DNA of 63,649 nucleotides, the filler included, from Reclinomonas americana ATCC 50394 (Eukaryota), in assembly GCA_048213135.1 (NCBI GenBank). It is 7 parts of 4 records of this genome, joined end to end, with 100 filler letters (N's around TTAATTAATTAA, not from the genome) between each part and the next. Parts side by side here need not be neighbours in the genome. Positions count along the whole stretch, not along the records: positions 1 to 28,994 come from PS015086.1; positions 29,095 to 35,761 come from PS015087.1; positions 35,862 to 45,322 come from PS015087.1; 4 more parts are not named here. One strand, written 5' to 3'. The notes beneath the pieces are model-generated. The model was not told the DNA's origin. It searched no databases and saw only the letters and a list, made by a program, of their open reading frames with translations. The translations under genes and the position numbers were made by a program. Shown in pieces: positions 25,362-38,101 of this stretch. Numbering within the stretch: position 1 is the stretch's first letter; every line of letters begins with the position of its first letter.

Positions 25362-27714
25362 TCACTCCCTCTTCTTGTCACTCACGCCATTGCCACCCGC
25401 GTACCGACGATGCAGCTGCAGCACAAAGGCCGTCACGTCGGCGCCAATCTGCTGCCTCCTCTCTGCGTGCTGCTCGCCTTCGAATTCCGCTTCGTCGCCG
25501 TCCATGGTCAGCACCGGCTGCTGCGAGGCCACCCAGCGATCTTCGGCGGCACGCAGGGCGGCCTGATACTCCGCCGGCACCACCTCACCCGAGCGCGCTC
25601 GCTGCGCCATGCGACGCGCGCACTCGTCGAGACTCGGCCGCATGTGAATCACGCCGTCGAGGAGCGGCAGAGGGCGTCCATCGCTGACCTCCTCACGCTC
25701 CTTGAGCGCCTCCAGGAAGGCCAGCTGCGACGGTTCCAGCAGGCCGAGATCGCGTCGCACAGCGCCGAATACGTGCACGTCCGACTCCCACGAGCGCTCT
25801 ATGAACACCACGGGAACGCGGCCCTCGGCCAGCGCCGTGCGCGCCTGCAGATGCCACTCGTGCCACACTTGTCGCAGTGCGTCGACGCGCGTCGTGGTGC
25901 ACAACAGCTGCAGAGCGAAAGCGTGAGCCGCCGGCGCACGATAGTACGCCTGCAACGCCTCGGTCCACAGATACACCGGCTCCGGCAAGCACCCGACGAC
26001 GGTGATGGGCGCGCCGACGTGCTGCGGCAGCNNNNNNNNNNNNNNNNNNNNATGCGGAGGAGCGACGACTTGCCGGCACCAATGACGCCCTCCACGGCCA
26101 CCAACAGAAACGATCGTGCCGGCGGCTCCATCGCTCCGCGGCTGTGCGCGGCGATCTCTCGTGGGAGGCTCCACCGCGGATGCCACGCTCCGTTGGCCTC
26201 GTTGGTGAAGCGCACGTCGAATGTCGCCTCGTCCAAGTCGGTCTCCGTGGCGTGCTCGTCAGCCGCCGCCGAAGGCACCCACGCGCCGCGTTGCTGGCGC
26301 GCCGAGTCCGGCGTCGCAATGCGCACAGTGACCACCTCGAAGCCGGGGTAGCGGCCAAAGTACTCAAGCTCGTAGCGCATGCGCACATCGGCAATCACCA
26401 CCACCGGCTCGGTGGTGCGCTCCACGAGNNNNNNNNNNNNNNNNNNNNNNNNNNNNNNNNNNNNNNNNNNNNNNNNNNNNNNNNNNNNNNNNNNNNNNNN
26501 NNNNNNNNNNNNNNNNNNNNNNNNNNNNNNNNNNNNNNNNNNNNNNNNNNNNNNNNNNNNNNNNNNNNNNNNNNNNNNNNNNNNNNNNNNNNNNNNNNNN
26601 NNNNNNNNNNNNNNNNNNNNNNNNNNNNNNNNNNNNNNNNNNNNNNNNNNNNNNNNNNNNNNNNNNNNNNNNNNNNNNNNNNNNNNNNNNNNNNNNNNNN
26701 NNNNNNNNNNNNNNNNNNNNNNNNNNNNNNNNNNNNNNNAGCGTGCGTGGTGTGGCACTCGAACAGCTGGTCCGCCGCACTCAGCCTCTCGTAGAGCGCC
26801 GTCAGACCGGCCCGGTGATGCTCCTTGAAGGCACGATCGCGCACCAGACGCTCGAAATCCACCGACTCGGCCTCGGCGTACGCGCGCTTCGTGGCATCGC
26901 CAATGCGGAAGACGCGACACGCATTACGGCCCCACTGCGCCTCCAACTGGTGCGCCACGTAGTCCTTGCCAGAGCCGCGCTTGCCGCTGAGCAGCACCAG
27001 CAGCTGCTTGCGCGGACAGTGCACAGGCGCCGCCAGTGGATGCGCCGCCCCTCGCGGCGCCGTCTTCCACCAGCCCGCATCCGGAGCCTCCACCGTGTGC
27101 GCGAATGGCACAAACGACAACTCCGGCGACGAAAAGTTCACATCGTCCCCACCAGGCGCCGACTGCAGCCGCCGCGCAGCGCCCGTTCGACTGTAATAGT
27201 CACTCGCCGTCGCCCCATCGCCCGCATACCGCTGCGCGTCGGGGTGCGCCAAAAAGCCCCACAGACGCACACGATGACCACACACAAAGAGCGTCCACGC
27301 GTCGCCTCCAGGCGGCACCAGCACGCGATGATAGTGCGTCGGATCTAGCCAGTTGATGCTCGGCGCACGAAACACACGTCGCACACGCTCCTCCACTGGT
27401 GCATCTGCGCGTTTCACCAGCAGCTCCTCGTAGCCTCCGCACAGAATGAAGGAGACTCCCCACTGCCACGGATGATTGTGGAAACCGCGATCGGGGTCAC
27501 TGGCCACGAAGCGATGCAGCATCACATTGAGGCCGCCTGCGCGCGAGGCAAACAGGTGGTACCGCTCCAGAAAGGGCTTCCCGTCGGGTCCGCGAATGAC
27601 TTTGACGGGGAGGCGCTGCGCGAGTGACCACACGAGGAGGCGGCCGAATGCGCGCCACACCAGTGTGATGAAGAGGGCGAGGAGAAGGAGAAGGGAGAGG
27701 AGGAGCCAGAACAT
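25362..27714 (-). CDS. Fusion protein: N-terminal TM anchor + cupin (HxHPW) + animal-type phosphomevalonate kinase-like P-loop kinase + deoxynucleoside kinase
   Basis: TM segment MFWLLLSLLLLLALFITLVW. Cupin FLERYHLF..NVMLHRFVASDPDRGFHNHPW..SFILCGGYEE..HRV..WTLF..WGF. PMVK-like LLSGKRGSGKDYV..K..YA..DFERL..FKE..R / IADVR..RQQRG.W..ETDLD..FD. dNK VEGVIGAGKSS..EPV..W..YY..AFALQ..ERS..D..VF..C..R..RAR..E. Removing the two N gaps gives 975+377+670=2022 nt in one frame (673 aa plus stop). Confidence 0.85.
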
Positions 27715-28500
27715 TTGAAGGGAGAGAGAAATGCGTGTGCGTTCAAACGCACACGTTTATATTGTCCGACGGGGTTTGTTGAAGCCGCAGGACACGCACA
27801 CACAGGGGCGCCGTCTCGTCGCCCTTGATGCTCGACAACCTCGACAACTGCATCTGCGCCGTGTTACAACGAGCGCAGGGTTAACATGTAATTCCGAACG
27901 TTGGTACTTCTTGCATCAATGTTGTTTTTGTACATGTCGCACAAACCAGATCCTGACGCGAGATGGTGGAGGCTCACGAGCGCAAGGTGGAGCTGGTACC
28001 GCAGTTGCGCCATAAGCGCCATTGCCAGCAACGTCGACGGAGTCGAAGTCAAAGAAAGNNNNNNNNNNNNNNNNNNNNNNNNNNNNNNNNNNNNNNNNNN
28101 NNNNNNNNNNNNNNNNNNNNNNNNNNNNNNNNNNNNNNNNNNNNNNNNNNNNNNNNNNNNNNNNNNNNNNNNNNNNNNNNNNNNNNNNNNNNNNNNNNNN
28201 NNNNNNNNNNNNNNNNNNNNNNNNNNNNNNNNNNNNNNNNNNNNNNNNNNNNNNNNNNNNNNNNNNNNNNNNNNNNNNNNNNNNNNNNNNNNNNNNNNNN
28301 NNNNNNNNNNNNNNNNNNNNNNNNNNNNNNNNNNNNNNNNNNNNNNNNNNNNNNNNNNNNNNNNNNNNNNNNNNNNNNNNNNNNNNNNNNNNNNNNNNNN
28401 NNNNNNNNNNNNNNNNNNNNNNNNNNNNNNNNNNNNNNNNNNNNNNNNNNNNNNNNNNNNNNNNNNNNNNNNNNNNNNNNAGTTCATTGTTTGCACGCAG

Positions 28501-28764
28501 TGTCATCTGCTGTTCCACTTCGGCATGTCGGGCCACATCTCAGTGGTCAACGATGAGAGTGCACTGCCAAAGCATGCGCATTGCATGTTTCATGCAACCG
28601 ATGGCACCATTGTCGCGTTTCGTCTTCCTGCTGGTGCTACTTTTCTTTTTCCGAGGGTTTCTCACGTCGATCGTTGTCGCTGCAGCTTTGTCGATGCGCG
28701 TCGCTTTGGAGGGTGGGAGCTGGGCGAATTCAATACGCAGACGCGCAGTCCTGATCCGACCACG
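28501..28764 (+). CDS. NEIL1: Fpg/Nei family DNA glycosylase, NEIL1-like (internal exons only)
   Basis: HLLFHFGMSGHISVVNDESALPKHAHCMF...|FVDARRFGGWELG...RSPDP parallels NEIL1 LVFRFGMSG...LPRHAHLRF...FVDIRRFGRW...RGP. One GT-AG intron at about 28617-28685. Truncated by the gap and linker. Confidence 0.75.
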
Positions 28765-29038
28765 GTTTGACGAGGGATCAGTTGTCTCCTTCTTCCTCTT
28801 CCTATTCTTCGTGTTCTTGTTCTTCTTGTTCTTCTTCTCCATCTTTTGCTTCTTGTTCTTGTTGTTGTTGTTGTTGTTCTTCCTTCTTCTTATTCTTCCT
28901 CCTCCTCTCTCTTCTTCTCCTCCTCCTCCTCCCTCTTCTTGTTCTTGTTCTTCTCCCCTTCTCCTCCTCCTCCTCCTCCTCCTCCTCCTCCTCTNNNNNN
29001 NNNNNNNNNNNNNNNNNNNNNNNNNNNNNNNNNNNNNN

Positions 29039-29050
29039 TTAATTAATTAA
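29039..29050. other. Artificial six-frame-stop contig linker TTAATTAATTAA (also at 35806, 45367, 53903, 58661, 61581)
   Basis: An identical 12-mer flanked by fixed-length N runs occurs at six places. Confidence 0.95.
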
Positions 29051-29189
29051 NNNNNNNNNNNNNNNNNNNNNNNNNNNNNNNNNNNNNNNNNNNNAGGAAA
29101 TAGTACTTCCACAATGAGTACACCAAGAAACAGTGCATGCGAGAAGCATTTCACCATCCCGTCATGATGAACATCTTAACACAGCGCCT

Positions 29190-29872
29190 GTGGCACACAA
29201 AACGCACCCACAAACGACGGTTGTCGCAATGTCGCGCCGACCAGGCGGAGACCGTCAATGTCACTGGACTGCACCTGCAAGCCCTCCAGCGGCGACGCCG
29301 GCAACTCCATGTCGGTGATTTTGCAGTCTGCATCGCGGTGTGGGCGCGTGTGAGTGAGAGGGCAGGGAGAGACGGCATGAGCAGAGGAGAACCCCACCTG
29401 CCAGAATGCAAGTTGACAACACTTTTGCGTCTCCCGTGACGCGAATTGTCGACAGCTGGCAATTGTCAAAGGCAGCTCGGCCGCCAGCGCAGTTTTCGAA
29501 TGAGACATTTGTAAAGCGGCAGTCTGCGACACGCAGGCGGGCTCAGCAGGCATGAATACACACAGCGGCGGCACAAATGGAGGCTACCGGTGAAGATGGT
29601 ATCTGTGAAATCGCACTCGACAAAAATCACGTTGGTGAACTCGACGGCAGTCCATTTGGAGCCACGCAAGGAGACGCCCGTGAGGGTGCAGTCGGCCACT
29701 GGGGGGGATCAATTAGTGGCACAGCCAACGGGCAAGAACGAAGACAGGGGAAACAACAACTTGATCGACGTTACTGCCCAGAGAGAAAAAATGCATCCAG
29801 AGTGAACAGAAGACAAGCGAGGACGCAGAAATACAACCAAAGAGTGGGCAATAGAAGAGAGAGGAAGAGAGG

Positions 29873-29951
<79 letters not shown>

Positions 29952-29985
29952 CGAGAGAGACGAGANNNNNNNNNNNNNNNNNNNN

Positions 29986-30018
<33 letters not shown>

Positions 30019-30239
30019 AGGAGAAGGAGCAGGCGGATGACGACCAGCACCGGTGCGCCGCAGGTCAATCCGAAGAACCCGAATGCAACCGGCGGGAAGC
30101 GGCAAGCAGAGAGACAGAGAGAGAGAAGAAAAAGAAAAAGAAGAAGATGATGAAGAAGAAGACGAAAGAGGAGGACGACGACCAGCACCGGTGAATTGCA
30201 GTTCAACCCGTCAAACGCGAATGCAAGACGAGAACCGAC

Positions 30240-30276
<37 letters not shown>

Positions 30277-32820
30277 AGAGGAAGGCGAAGAAGAAGATGG
30301 AAAATAATGGCGAGGAGAAGGAGAAGAAGAAGAAAAATGCACAGTGCAGGATTGGTGATGAGAGAATAAGAATGCGCGATCCTTCCTCCTTTTCCTCCTC
30401 CTCACCCGTGCACTTGGTGGCCTTGTCCGTGCCGCCCCACACAGAGCTGGCGAAATTGCAGTTGGTCAGCGACCCGCTCGTCACGTCACACGCACGCCAC
30501 ACCGATTCCGCGGCATCCACGTGCTGCAAGGTGAGCTTGTCGGTCGAACACGCGTACACGGTCGTCTGTAGCGTACAATTGAGTACAGTGACGATGCGAG
30601 ATGGGAGACACACACGCAACTCGCTTGAACACGGCGCGATTCCAGGTGGAGCCGTCCAAGCTACACCGCTCCAGAGTGGAACCCACGAAAGCGGTACCAT
30701 ACGCCGAACCATTCGTGAAGCGACAGGTCAATAGCGAGCTCTGCCCACGCACGAAGAATGATGAGTCGTGTTTCTTCGCAGGTCCAGGGTGACAAATGTG
30801 GGTACCTGACTGAAATCGGTGCCGTCAATCGCACCACCGGTCAGATCCAGGTCCGTGAGCGTCAAGCCGGTGAGGCACAAGCCGACGGCTGATAATTGCT
30901 TGGGTGCCACGGTGCCTTGTCTCCTCTCTCGGACCATCTGCGCGTGAGGGGGGAGGTAATGAGGGGAAGGGGTGGGGGAGGGGAGAGGGAGAGGAAGAGG
31001 GGGAGGGTGAGGGAGGGGGAGGGAAAGTGGGAACAGGGTGTGTGTGAATGATTTTGAGTCTTTTCTCTGCGCTTCTCCACTCATGTCGAGCATCTTGCTG
31101 GTGTGTAAATGAGAGTGTGTTTGTGCGTCCGTCAATCAATTAGCATCCATAATCTCTGTGCGAGTGCGAGATATCGTGGCAGAGAGCGAGAACAAGAAAG
31201 GGAAGACAGAGTATGAAGAGTTACTGTGAGTGGGTGCGAGAGAAATGCCTGAAAGCTTGAGGCGCAATAAAAGGGCGACTGAAGGTGCGAGAGAGAGAGA
31301 GAGAGGAGGAATAAAGAGAGAGAAGAAAAACGAGGAAGAGCGAGAAATGGGTGGAAGTACCGGCGATTTTTGCGAGCTGTTCTCTTGCTATCTTGTTCCC
31401 ACTGCCTTACATTCCCTCTCTCGCGCTCTCACCAACAAGAACTCCTCGCGAGAAAACCCCGTGGCCTTGCGCATGGCATCGCACAGCGGCTCAACGCCCA
31501 GCTGGCTCGCCACGTCCAGCACACCTTTACCATCATAAGAGCGTGAGACATTAGAGGGGAAAGAATGTGACACGCCCATGCGACTCACCTTTTGGATTGA
31601 TTCCCCCATCACACACCACGCCTCCCGTGCGCAAAAAGTGCAACACCGGTCTAAAGTACACCGGATCCACGTCGAGAAAGAGCGGCGAGTCACCGGCCGA
31701 CGATTCGTGAGCTTGCACGAGGGCTGGCAGGGCTGACTCACTGGCCACGCCAGAGACGAGCACGTCCCGGGAGACTTGGAAGACGGTGCCGCCGACGTTG
31801 AGAGTGAGGCGCTGAAGGAGAGGGAAGAGGGCAAGGGCAAAGGGGAATGAGGAGTGAGGGAAGAGGGGAGAGAAAAGGGTGAGAGGGTTTGTGAAAGAGA
31901 GGGCGGCAGGAGAGATGAAAGAGAGGAGGAAGTGAAGTGAAGGAAAGAGTGGGATCACAAGGGGGGGAAGAAGGGAGAGAGGGGAAAGAAGGAAGGGGGA
32001 ATGAGCGAGGGGGTGAGAGAGAGACAGAGAGACAGGAAGTGAAGGAAAGAGTGGGAGAGGGAAGAGAGAATGGAGAAGAAGAAGACAGGTGGTGAAGGAA
32101 AGAGTGGGTTCGTGAGGAGGGAAGGAGGGACGGATGTGCATTGTGTGTAAGGACATGAGTGGAAGAGAGCGCGCAAGAGAAGAGAGGAAGGGCGTGCAGG
32201 AAAGAAGGGAAGCGTGTGCTTGTGTGTGAGAGAGAATGAGTGGACGAGAGCGAAGGGCGTGCAGGAGAAGGGAGGATCGCAAGGGTTTGCGTGAGAGAGA
32301 GACAGCAAGTGCAGACTGAGTGAGAGAATGAGCAGAAGAGGAGAAGGAAGCAGTAAAGAAGAGAAGTGTGTGTGTGAAAGCTGAGACAGTGATCAACGCA
32401 TGCATGCACTCTCTCTCTCTCTCTCAGTGTGACAGGGAGAGCAGCGAGTAAGAGTGGAGACAGAGAGAATGCATGCACTCACTCTCTCTCTCTCTCTCTC
32501 TCTCTCTCACGCACACACTCATTCACTCACTTACTCACAAAGTTATGACTGCACTCAATGCATTGTAATCAGTCTCTCTCTCTCTCAGTGTGACACAGAG
32601 AGCAGCGAGTAAGAGTGGAGACAGAGAACTCTGTGAGTGAGTGAGTGAGTGTGTGTGTGTGTGCGTGAGAGAGAGAGAGTGAGAGATGAAGTGAGAGTGA
32701 ATGCATGCGTTCCATTGCTTTCTCAATGCATTGTAATCAGTCTCTCTCTCTCTGTCTATCTCTATCAGTGTGACAGAGAGAGCAGCGAGTAAGAGTGGAG
32801 ACAGAGAACTCTGTGAGTGA

Positions 32821-32864
<44 letters not shown>

Positions 32865-32947
32865 TGAAGAGAGAGTGAATCCATGCGTTCCACTGCATTC
32901 TCACTGCATTGTAATCAGTCTCACTCTCTCTCTCTCTCTCTCTCCTC

Positions 32948-32983
<36 letters not shown>

Positions 32984-33186
32984 TCTCTCTCTCTGTGCAC
33001 ATCACTCACCGACTGCGCAGTGCTCGATCGCACCTGCACTCCCCACGACTCTGCGTGCACAGCCTCCACAGTTCCTTGTGAAGGAGACGCAGAAGGCACA
33101 GCAGACGGCGATGCGCTGCTGCTTCCGCGAGACTTGGAGAGGAGAGAGCGCGACTGAGGAGCAGCCGATGGTGGTCGCGCGCTCAT
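29190..33186 (-). CDS. BTB/POZ (T1-type) + pentapeptide-repeat protein, KCTD9-like, multi-exon, 3' end uncertain
   Basis: RLTLNVGGTVFQVSRDVL...LFLDVDPVYFRPVLHFLRTG...|GVLDVASQLGVEPL, then pentapeptide-like exons (LCLTGLTLTDLDLTGGAIDGTDFSQ; CTLTGVSLRGSKWTAVEFTNVIFVECDFTDTIF). First exon MSARPPS... at 33186 is tentative. Confidence 0.78.
32425..32930. repeat. Intronic minisatellite, ~160-180 bp unit, 3 copies with embedded microsatellites
   Basis: CAGTGTGACA.AGAGAGCAGCGAGTAAGAGTGGAGACAGAGA at 32425, 32586 and 32766. Confidence 0.85.
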
Positions 33187-34890
33187 TCTTCCGATTTCAG
33201 GCAGAGGACTTTTTGCAACGAACTTCGTGTGTCTGTGCGTCGACGTTGTCGCTGGTGACTGTGTTCTTGAGTCGTGGAATCAGTTGTTGCACGAGGCATG
33301 TGGTGGGGCAGAGAGCAACAGAGAGAGAGAGTTCAGTGAGAGACGTGCTCTGCACAACACAAAATCACTGTGCCTCGCGAAGACGCCCTCCATCGCTGTG
33401 TGCTCCAAGTGCTCCCGATGAGTAGCTGTGCGAATGCACGACCCAGGTGAGACAGCACGTGACGCGAGAACACCAAAAACTGCGACGCCGAAAGAGAGAG
33501 AGAGCGCCAATCGCTAAGTTTCGATATCGCTCGCGATATTGCAATACTGTACTGGCGTAGTGCACGCGAGACTCCTTGACGCCATGGATCAAGGTTCAAG
33601 AGAACGGTGAGAGGGCACGGGCGCGGAGATGGGTTTCGAGCAGGGGGCAGGGAGGTCTACAGAGCTTCGTAAACAAAGCGTTTTCAGCGCACGCGGTCGT
33701 GCACTTCGAATTCGGGAATAAAGCCAGGCACCCGTGGCTGGGATACGCGAGGCACGTGATTTCTTTGCATGCAGAGAAACGGCAGCGCAAATGTACGTAT
33801 ACAGACGTTTCGACTCTCACAAGAATCCTCCTACTGCCTCAAGACTGATGTTTTTGTTGATGTATTGGATATGGTTGACCTTGGTCATCAAGACAGCTGT
33901 TGCTTGTTTGTTGGTGAAGGAAATGTTGTCTTGTCTCTCACTCTCTCTCTCTCTCTCTCACTGTTTCCTTGGTGTCTCAGATTCTTGTTCTCACTCGATG
34001 GTCATCACCATACAGCTGTATTTGAGATAGACTCGCCACATGAAAGCAGCTTCCACTATTTCGCAGATCACTGTTTGCGTCTCACCTTCCAATGCATTGC
34101 ATTGGTATCTATTACGAGTCCCTTGCAGNNNNNNNNNNNNNNNNNNNNNNNNNNNNNNNNNNNNNNNNNNNNNNNNNNNNNNNNNNNNNNNNNNNNNNNN
34201 NNNNNNNNNNNNNNNNNNNNNNNNNNNNNNNNNNNNNNNNNNNNNNNNNNNNNNNNNNNNNNNNNNNNNNNNNNNNNNNNNNNNNNNNNNNNNNNNNNNN
34301 NNNNNNNNNNNNNNNNNNNNNNNNNNNNNNNNNNNNNNNNNNNNNNNNNNNNNNNNNNNNNNNNNNNNNNNNNNNNNNNNNNNNNNNNNNNNNNNNNNNN
34401 NNNNNNNNNNNNNNNNNNNNNNNNNNNNNNNNNNNNNNNNNNNNNNNNNNNNNNNNNNNNNNNNNNNNNNNNNNNNNNNNNNNNNNNNNNNNNNNNNNNN
34501 NNNNNNNNNNNNNNNNNNNNNNNNNNNNNNNNNNNNNNNNNNNNNNNNNNNNNNNNNNNNNNNNNNNNNNNNNNNNNNNNNNNNNNNNNNNNNNNNNNNN
34601 NNNNNNNNNNNNNNNNNNNNNNNNNNNNNNNNNNNNNNNNNNNNNNNNNNNNNNNNNNNNNNNNNNNNNNNNNNNNNNNNNNNNNNNNNNNNNNNNNNNN
34701 NNNNNNNNNNNNNNNNNNNNNNNNNNNNNNNNNNNNNNNNNNNNNNNNNNNNNNNNNNNNNNNNNNNNNNNNNNNNNNNNNNNNNNNNNNNNNNNNNNNN
34801 NNNNNNNNNNNNNNNNNNNNNNNNNNNNNNNNNNNNNNNNNNNNNNNNNNNNNNNNNNNNNNNNNNNNNNNNNNNNNNNNNNNNNNNNNN

Positions 34891-35436
34891 GTCACATGAT
34901 CGTTGAAGGAGTTGTCGCACAGCAGCGCCACGTACGCCGGGAATCCGCCCTTGCAGTCGGTTTCCGAGTAGAACACGACCGCGCCGCCGATCGGCAGGTG
35001 CAGGTTGGCGCGAGCGCTCTTGAATGCGCGATTTCCGATGGTGCCCTCCTGGTTCTGGCACTCCTCCGTCACGCTCCACGTCTCCGGTAGGGTGCCGTTG
35101 AGGTTGCACGTGTTGTTCTGCGAGAACACGAAGCGCCACGTATCGGTCTTTTGGCAGTAGAAGGCCAGGTTGTCCAAGATGTATGTCGTGAGCAGCGAGT
35201 CGGTGAGGTTGCCGTTGAACGCCGCTGTGTGTGGTCAGTCAGTGACGGGTGGAGGAGAAACGGGTGGGTGGGCATAGAGACACGCAACAATCCGGATCAA
35301 AATCGTTGGGTCCAGTGGGCCGGGCGTGATTGCTGAGCGCGTCGAAGCCGAGGGGTGAGGCGATGAATGCCGTCGCCGACGATGCGACAAAGGCCAACAC
35401 GATGGCGAGGAGCAGGAGTTGGAAGTTGCGGTGCAT
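34891..35436 (-). CDS. Secreted Cys-containing protein, possibly with a beta/gamma-crystallin-like Greek-key module (3' end in gap)
   Basis: Signal peptide MHRNFQLLLLAIVLAFVASSATA, several N-glycosylation sequons, and motifs FKSAR, VVFYSETDCKG and SFNDHV. Confidence 0.6.
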
Positions 35437-35861
35437 TTGTTTTTTCTGCCGCAAGGAGGGTGAATGAGGATGACAACAGAGAGAAGGGCAGAGAATGGAC
35501 ACGGAACTCTGACTGGTAGAAAGATGGGTGGTCTTGGCTCTGTTGCTGATGTGCAAAATGGGAATGGTGTATCAAGTTCATGCAGACGGCGACACGCCAT
35601 CACGCCCCGCGTCGATTCTTCCATCCGGACAAATGAGATGTGGCTGCAGTTTTAAACGCGTACGCAGAAACATCAAATTCTACGATTCTCCTGACTGGTG
35701 TGGTGGTGCTCTTGCGCACGCGTCCATGACAGATTCCTTTGAGCATGCTGCGCGAGGAAAANNNNNNNNNNNNNNNNNNNNNNNNNNNNNNNNNNNNNNN
35801 NNNNNTTAATTAATTAANNNNNNNNNNNNNNNNNNNNNNNNNNNNNNNNNNNNNNNNNNNN

Positions 35862-38101
35862 GCTGACGCTGCCGGGCGCGTCGACCAACTCCACCTCGGT
35901 GACGTACACCACGGCGTGCTTCTGCGATCAGTCGCAGGGGAACACGTGCGGCGCCGGTCAGTGAGCAAGGGCACAGAAGAAGTGAGGGAGAGAGAGAGGG
36001 AGGGAGAGGGTGTTTTTCCGGTCTCGTGGGAGGAGAAGGGGATAGAGAGGGGAAGGGATAGGGAGAAGGGAGAATGAAAGAAACGAGACGAGAAGGGAAA
36101 CGTGCGACTGTGTTTTTCGGGAACGGAGAGGGACGAACAGGGAGATGTGGAAGCGAGGGCGCATTGAGTGAGAGGAGTGAGAATTGAAGAATGTCTCATG
36201 CGTGCGTGTTGGAGAAAAAAACGAAGAACGAGTGGGTGCAAGAGCACCGAAGGCCCGCGAGCGTGATAGAAGAGAGACAGAGAGCTGTAGAGGGCTTGTG
36301 TGTGTGTGGAGACTGACACAAAGCATGTCTCTTCGTATGAGAGCACGAGTACAGGTGCGTAGCGTCCACGAGAACACACGCAGAATGGATGCGAGCGCGT
36401 GAGTAGGTGAAGACAAGGAAGAGACAGATGCGTGTAGGAAATGGTCTCTCGTGTTTCAATCTCGAGAATACATGCAGAGTGGAAGCGAGCGTGTAAAGAT
36501 TGAAGAAGGACACATGAACGAACGAAGAACGAGTGTGTGCAAAAAATTAGTCTCCACGAACACGCAGAATGGGAGACAAGTAAAGGGTGACGCGACGAAG
36601 AGCAATTGCGTGAAAGACAAAATGTCATCCATGATTCTATCTCGAGAACATACAGAGCGGAAGCAAGTGCGTGTGATAGGAAGAGAGAGATGCGTGTGTT
36701 CGAGAATACGATGAGTAAGAAGATGGTCTCCAGATTTCAATCTCGAGAACACACTCACAATGAGTGGGTGTGTGTGTGTGTGTGTGTGTGTGCGTGTCTT
36801 GTGGTAAAGACAGCGGAGATGAAAGAAACGTGCGACGAAGGAAGGGCCAGAAGCTTCCTCCAAGCAGGCACACGCGGATACTGTCACCACGTGTGATCAC
36901 ATCCACTTGGCAGCCGAGGCTCATGAAGGCGATGGTGGCGCCTCTATGCGACGGTACGTGCAGCTGGAGAGGCCTGCGCGAATCAAGTGAGAGGAGAGAT
37001 ACAAGAGAGGAGCCGAGGCGTGTGTGTACCTTCAAAGTGAAACTTGAAACACGTGGGCGAGATGATCTCCAGGCGACCGGGAATCTGCGTGCGTGTGTGG
37101 AAATCAGATGGTGGTGGAGGGAAGAAGCAGATGTAGTGAGCGAGGCACACGGACCCACGACGGTCGCCGATAGCCCGTGTGCGCAATCTGACCACGCCCG
37201 TCAAAGAATTCGAGTTGTCGCCCGCCCTCTGCCATGCGATAGCTGCTTTCGAAGGTGACCTGGGGGTGCGGTAGAGGATGAGGGGGAAGGGGGGAGAGAG
37301 GGGTAAAGGGACACAGAAAAGAAAAGAGCGCAGGGGCGCATGGGTGGATGGAGAGACAGCGAGGAAGAATAGGGGACAATGCGAAGGAGGGTAGAATGAG
37401 AAGATATGGCGCAGGGTGCAGATTATCTCGCGAGGAGAGCGGAAACCAGGGGGGTGCGGGAGAGGATGAGGGGGAAGGGGGGAGAGAGGGCAAAGGGAGC
37501 ATAAAAGAAAAGAGCGCAGGGGCGCATGGGTGGATGGGGAGACAGCGACGAAGAAGAGGGGACAATGCGAAGGAGGGTAGAAATGAGAAGATATGGCAGG
37601 GTGCAGATTATCTCGCGAGGAGAAAGAAAAAGCCAGAGGCATGGAGAGTGATGGAGTGCGGCGCAGCGAACTGACGAGAGGGAGAAGCAACTAGAAACGA
37701 GCAAGTACAAGAATAAACGATGGAAGGTGAGTCGAAGAGAGTATGAATGTAGATTGAAATCGACGGCGAGGGAGTGCAGACATCGATCTCACAAGAGGGA
37801 GGAATGGAAAGTTCGACGCAGCGCACGCGGTTATCGAAGCGGAAACAGGCAAGTGCGAGAGGATCATACGAAGAAAAATTGATTAGAAGAGGAATGCATG
37901 GAGTTACACAGACAACGCAGCAGAGGATAGACGGCGACGTGTGGAGCGCGAGGCACCTCTCTCTTTTAATCCAACCTTCGTGGCCGGCACATTGGGATCG
38001 CCGGTGATCTTGGTGGCCACCAGGCGACTCGCATTCGCATCGTCAGTCACCGCAATGATCTCGATGCCGTGTGGCCCGTAGTCGCCCTCCCACAGACCAG
38101 T
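35862..38101 (-). CDS. DUF3506 / cyclin-D1-binding domain protein (FBXO31/EXECUTER-type domain), partial multi-exon
   Basis: TGLWEGDYGPHGIEII...LVATKITGDPNVPATK|VTF...GRGQIAHTGYRRPSWV are the hallmark motifs of this domain. Confidence 0.8.
37262..37620. repeat. Intronic direct duplication, ~190 bp x2
   Basis: GGGGGTGCGG..GAGGATGAGGGGGAAGG...GCAGGGTGCAGATTATCTCGCGAGGAGA occurs twice. Confidence 0.8.

Noticed and set aside
27901-28058. MVEAHE... as the N-terminus of the NEIL1-like gene
   Set aside because: There is no PE/PEG catalytic start or RGK motif, and I could not join it convincingly to the downstream exons.
29039-29050. Repeated TTAATTAATTAA as a possible piggyBac TTAA site or regulatory element
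   Set aside because: It is always embedded in fixed N padding and is a synthetic linker with stops in all six frames.
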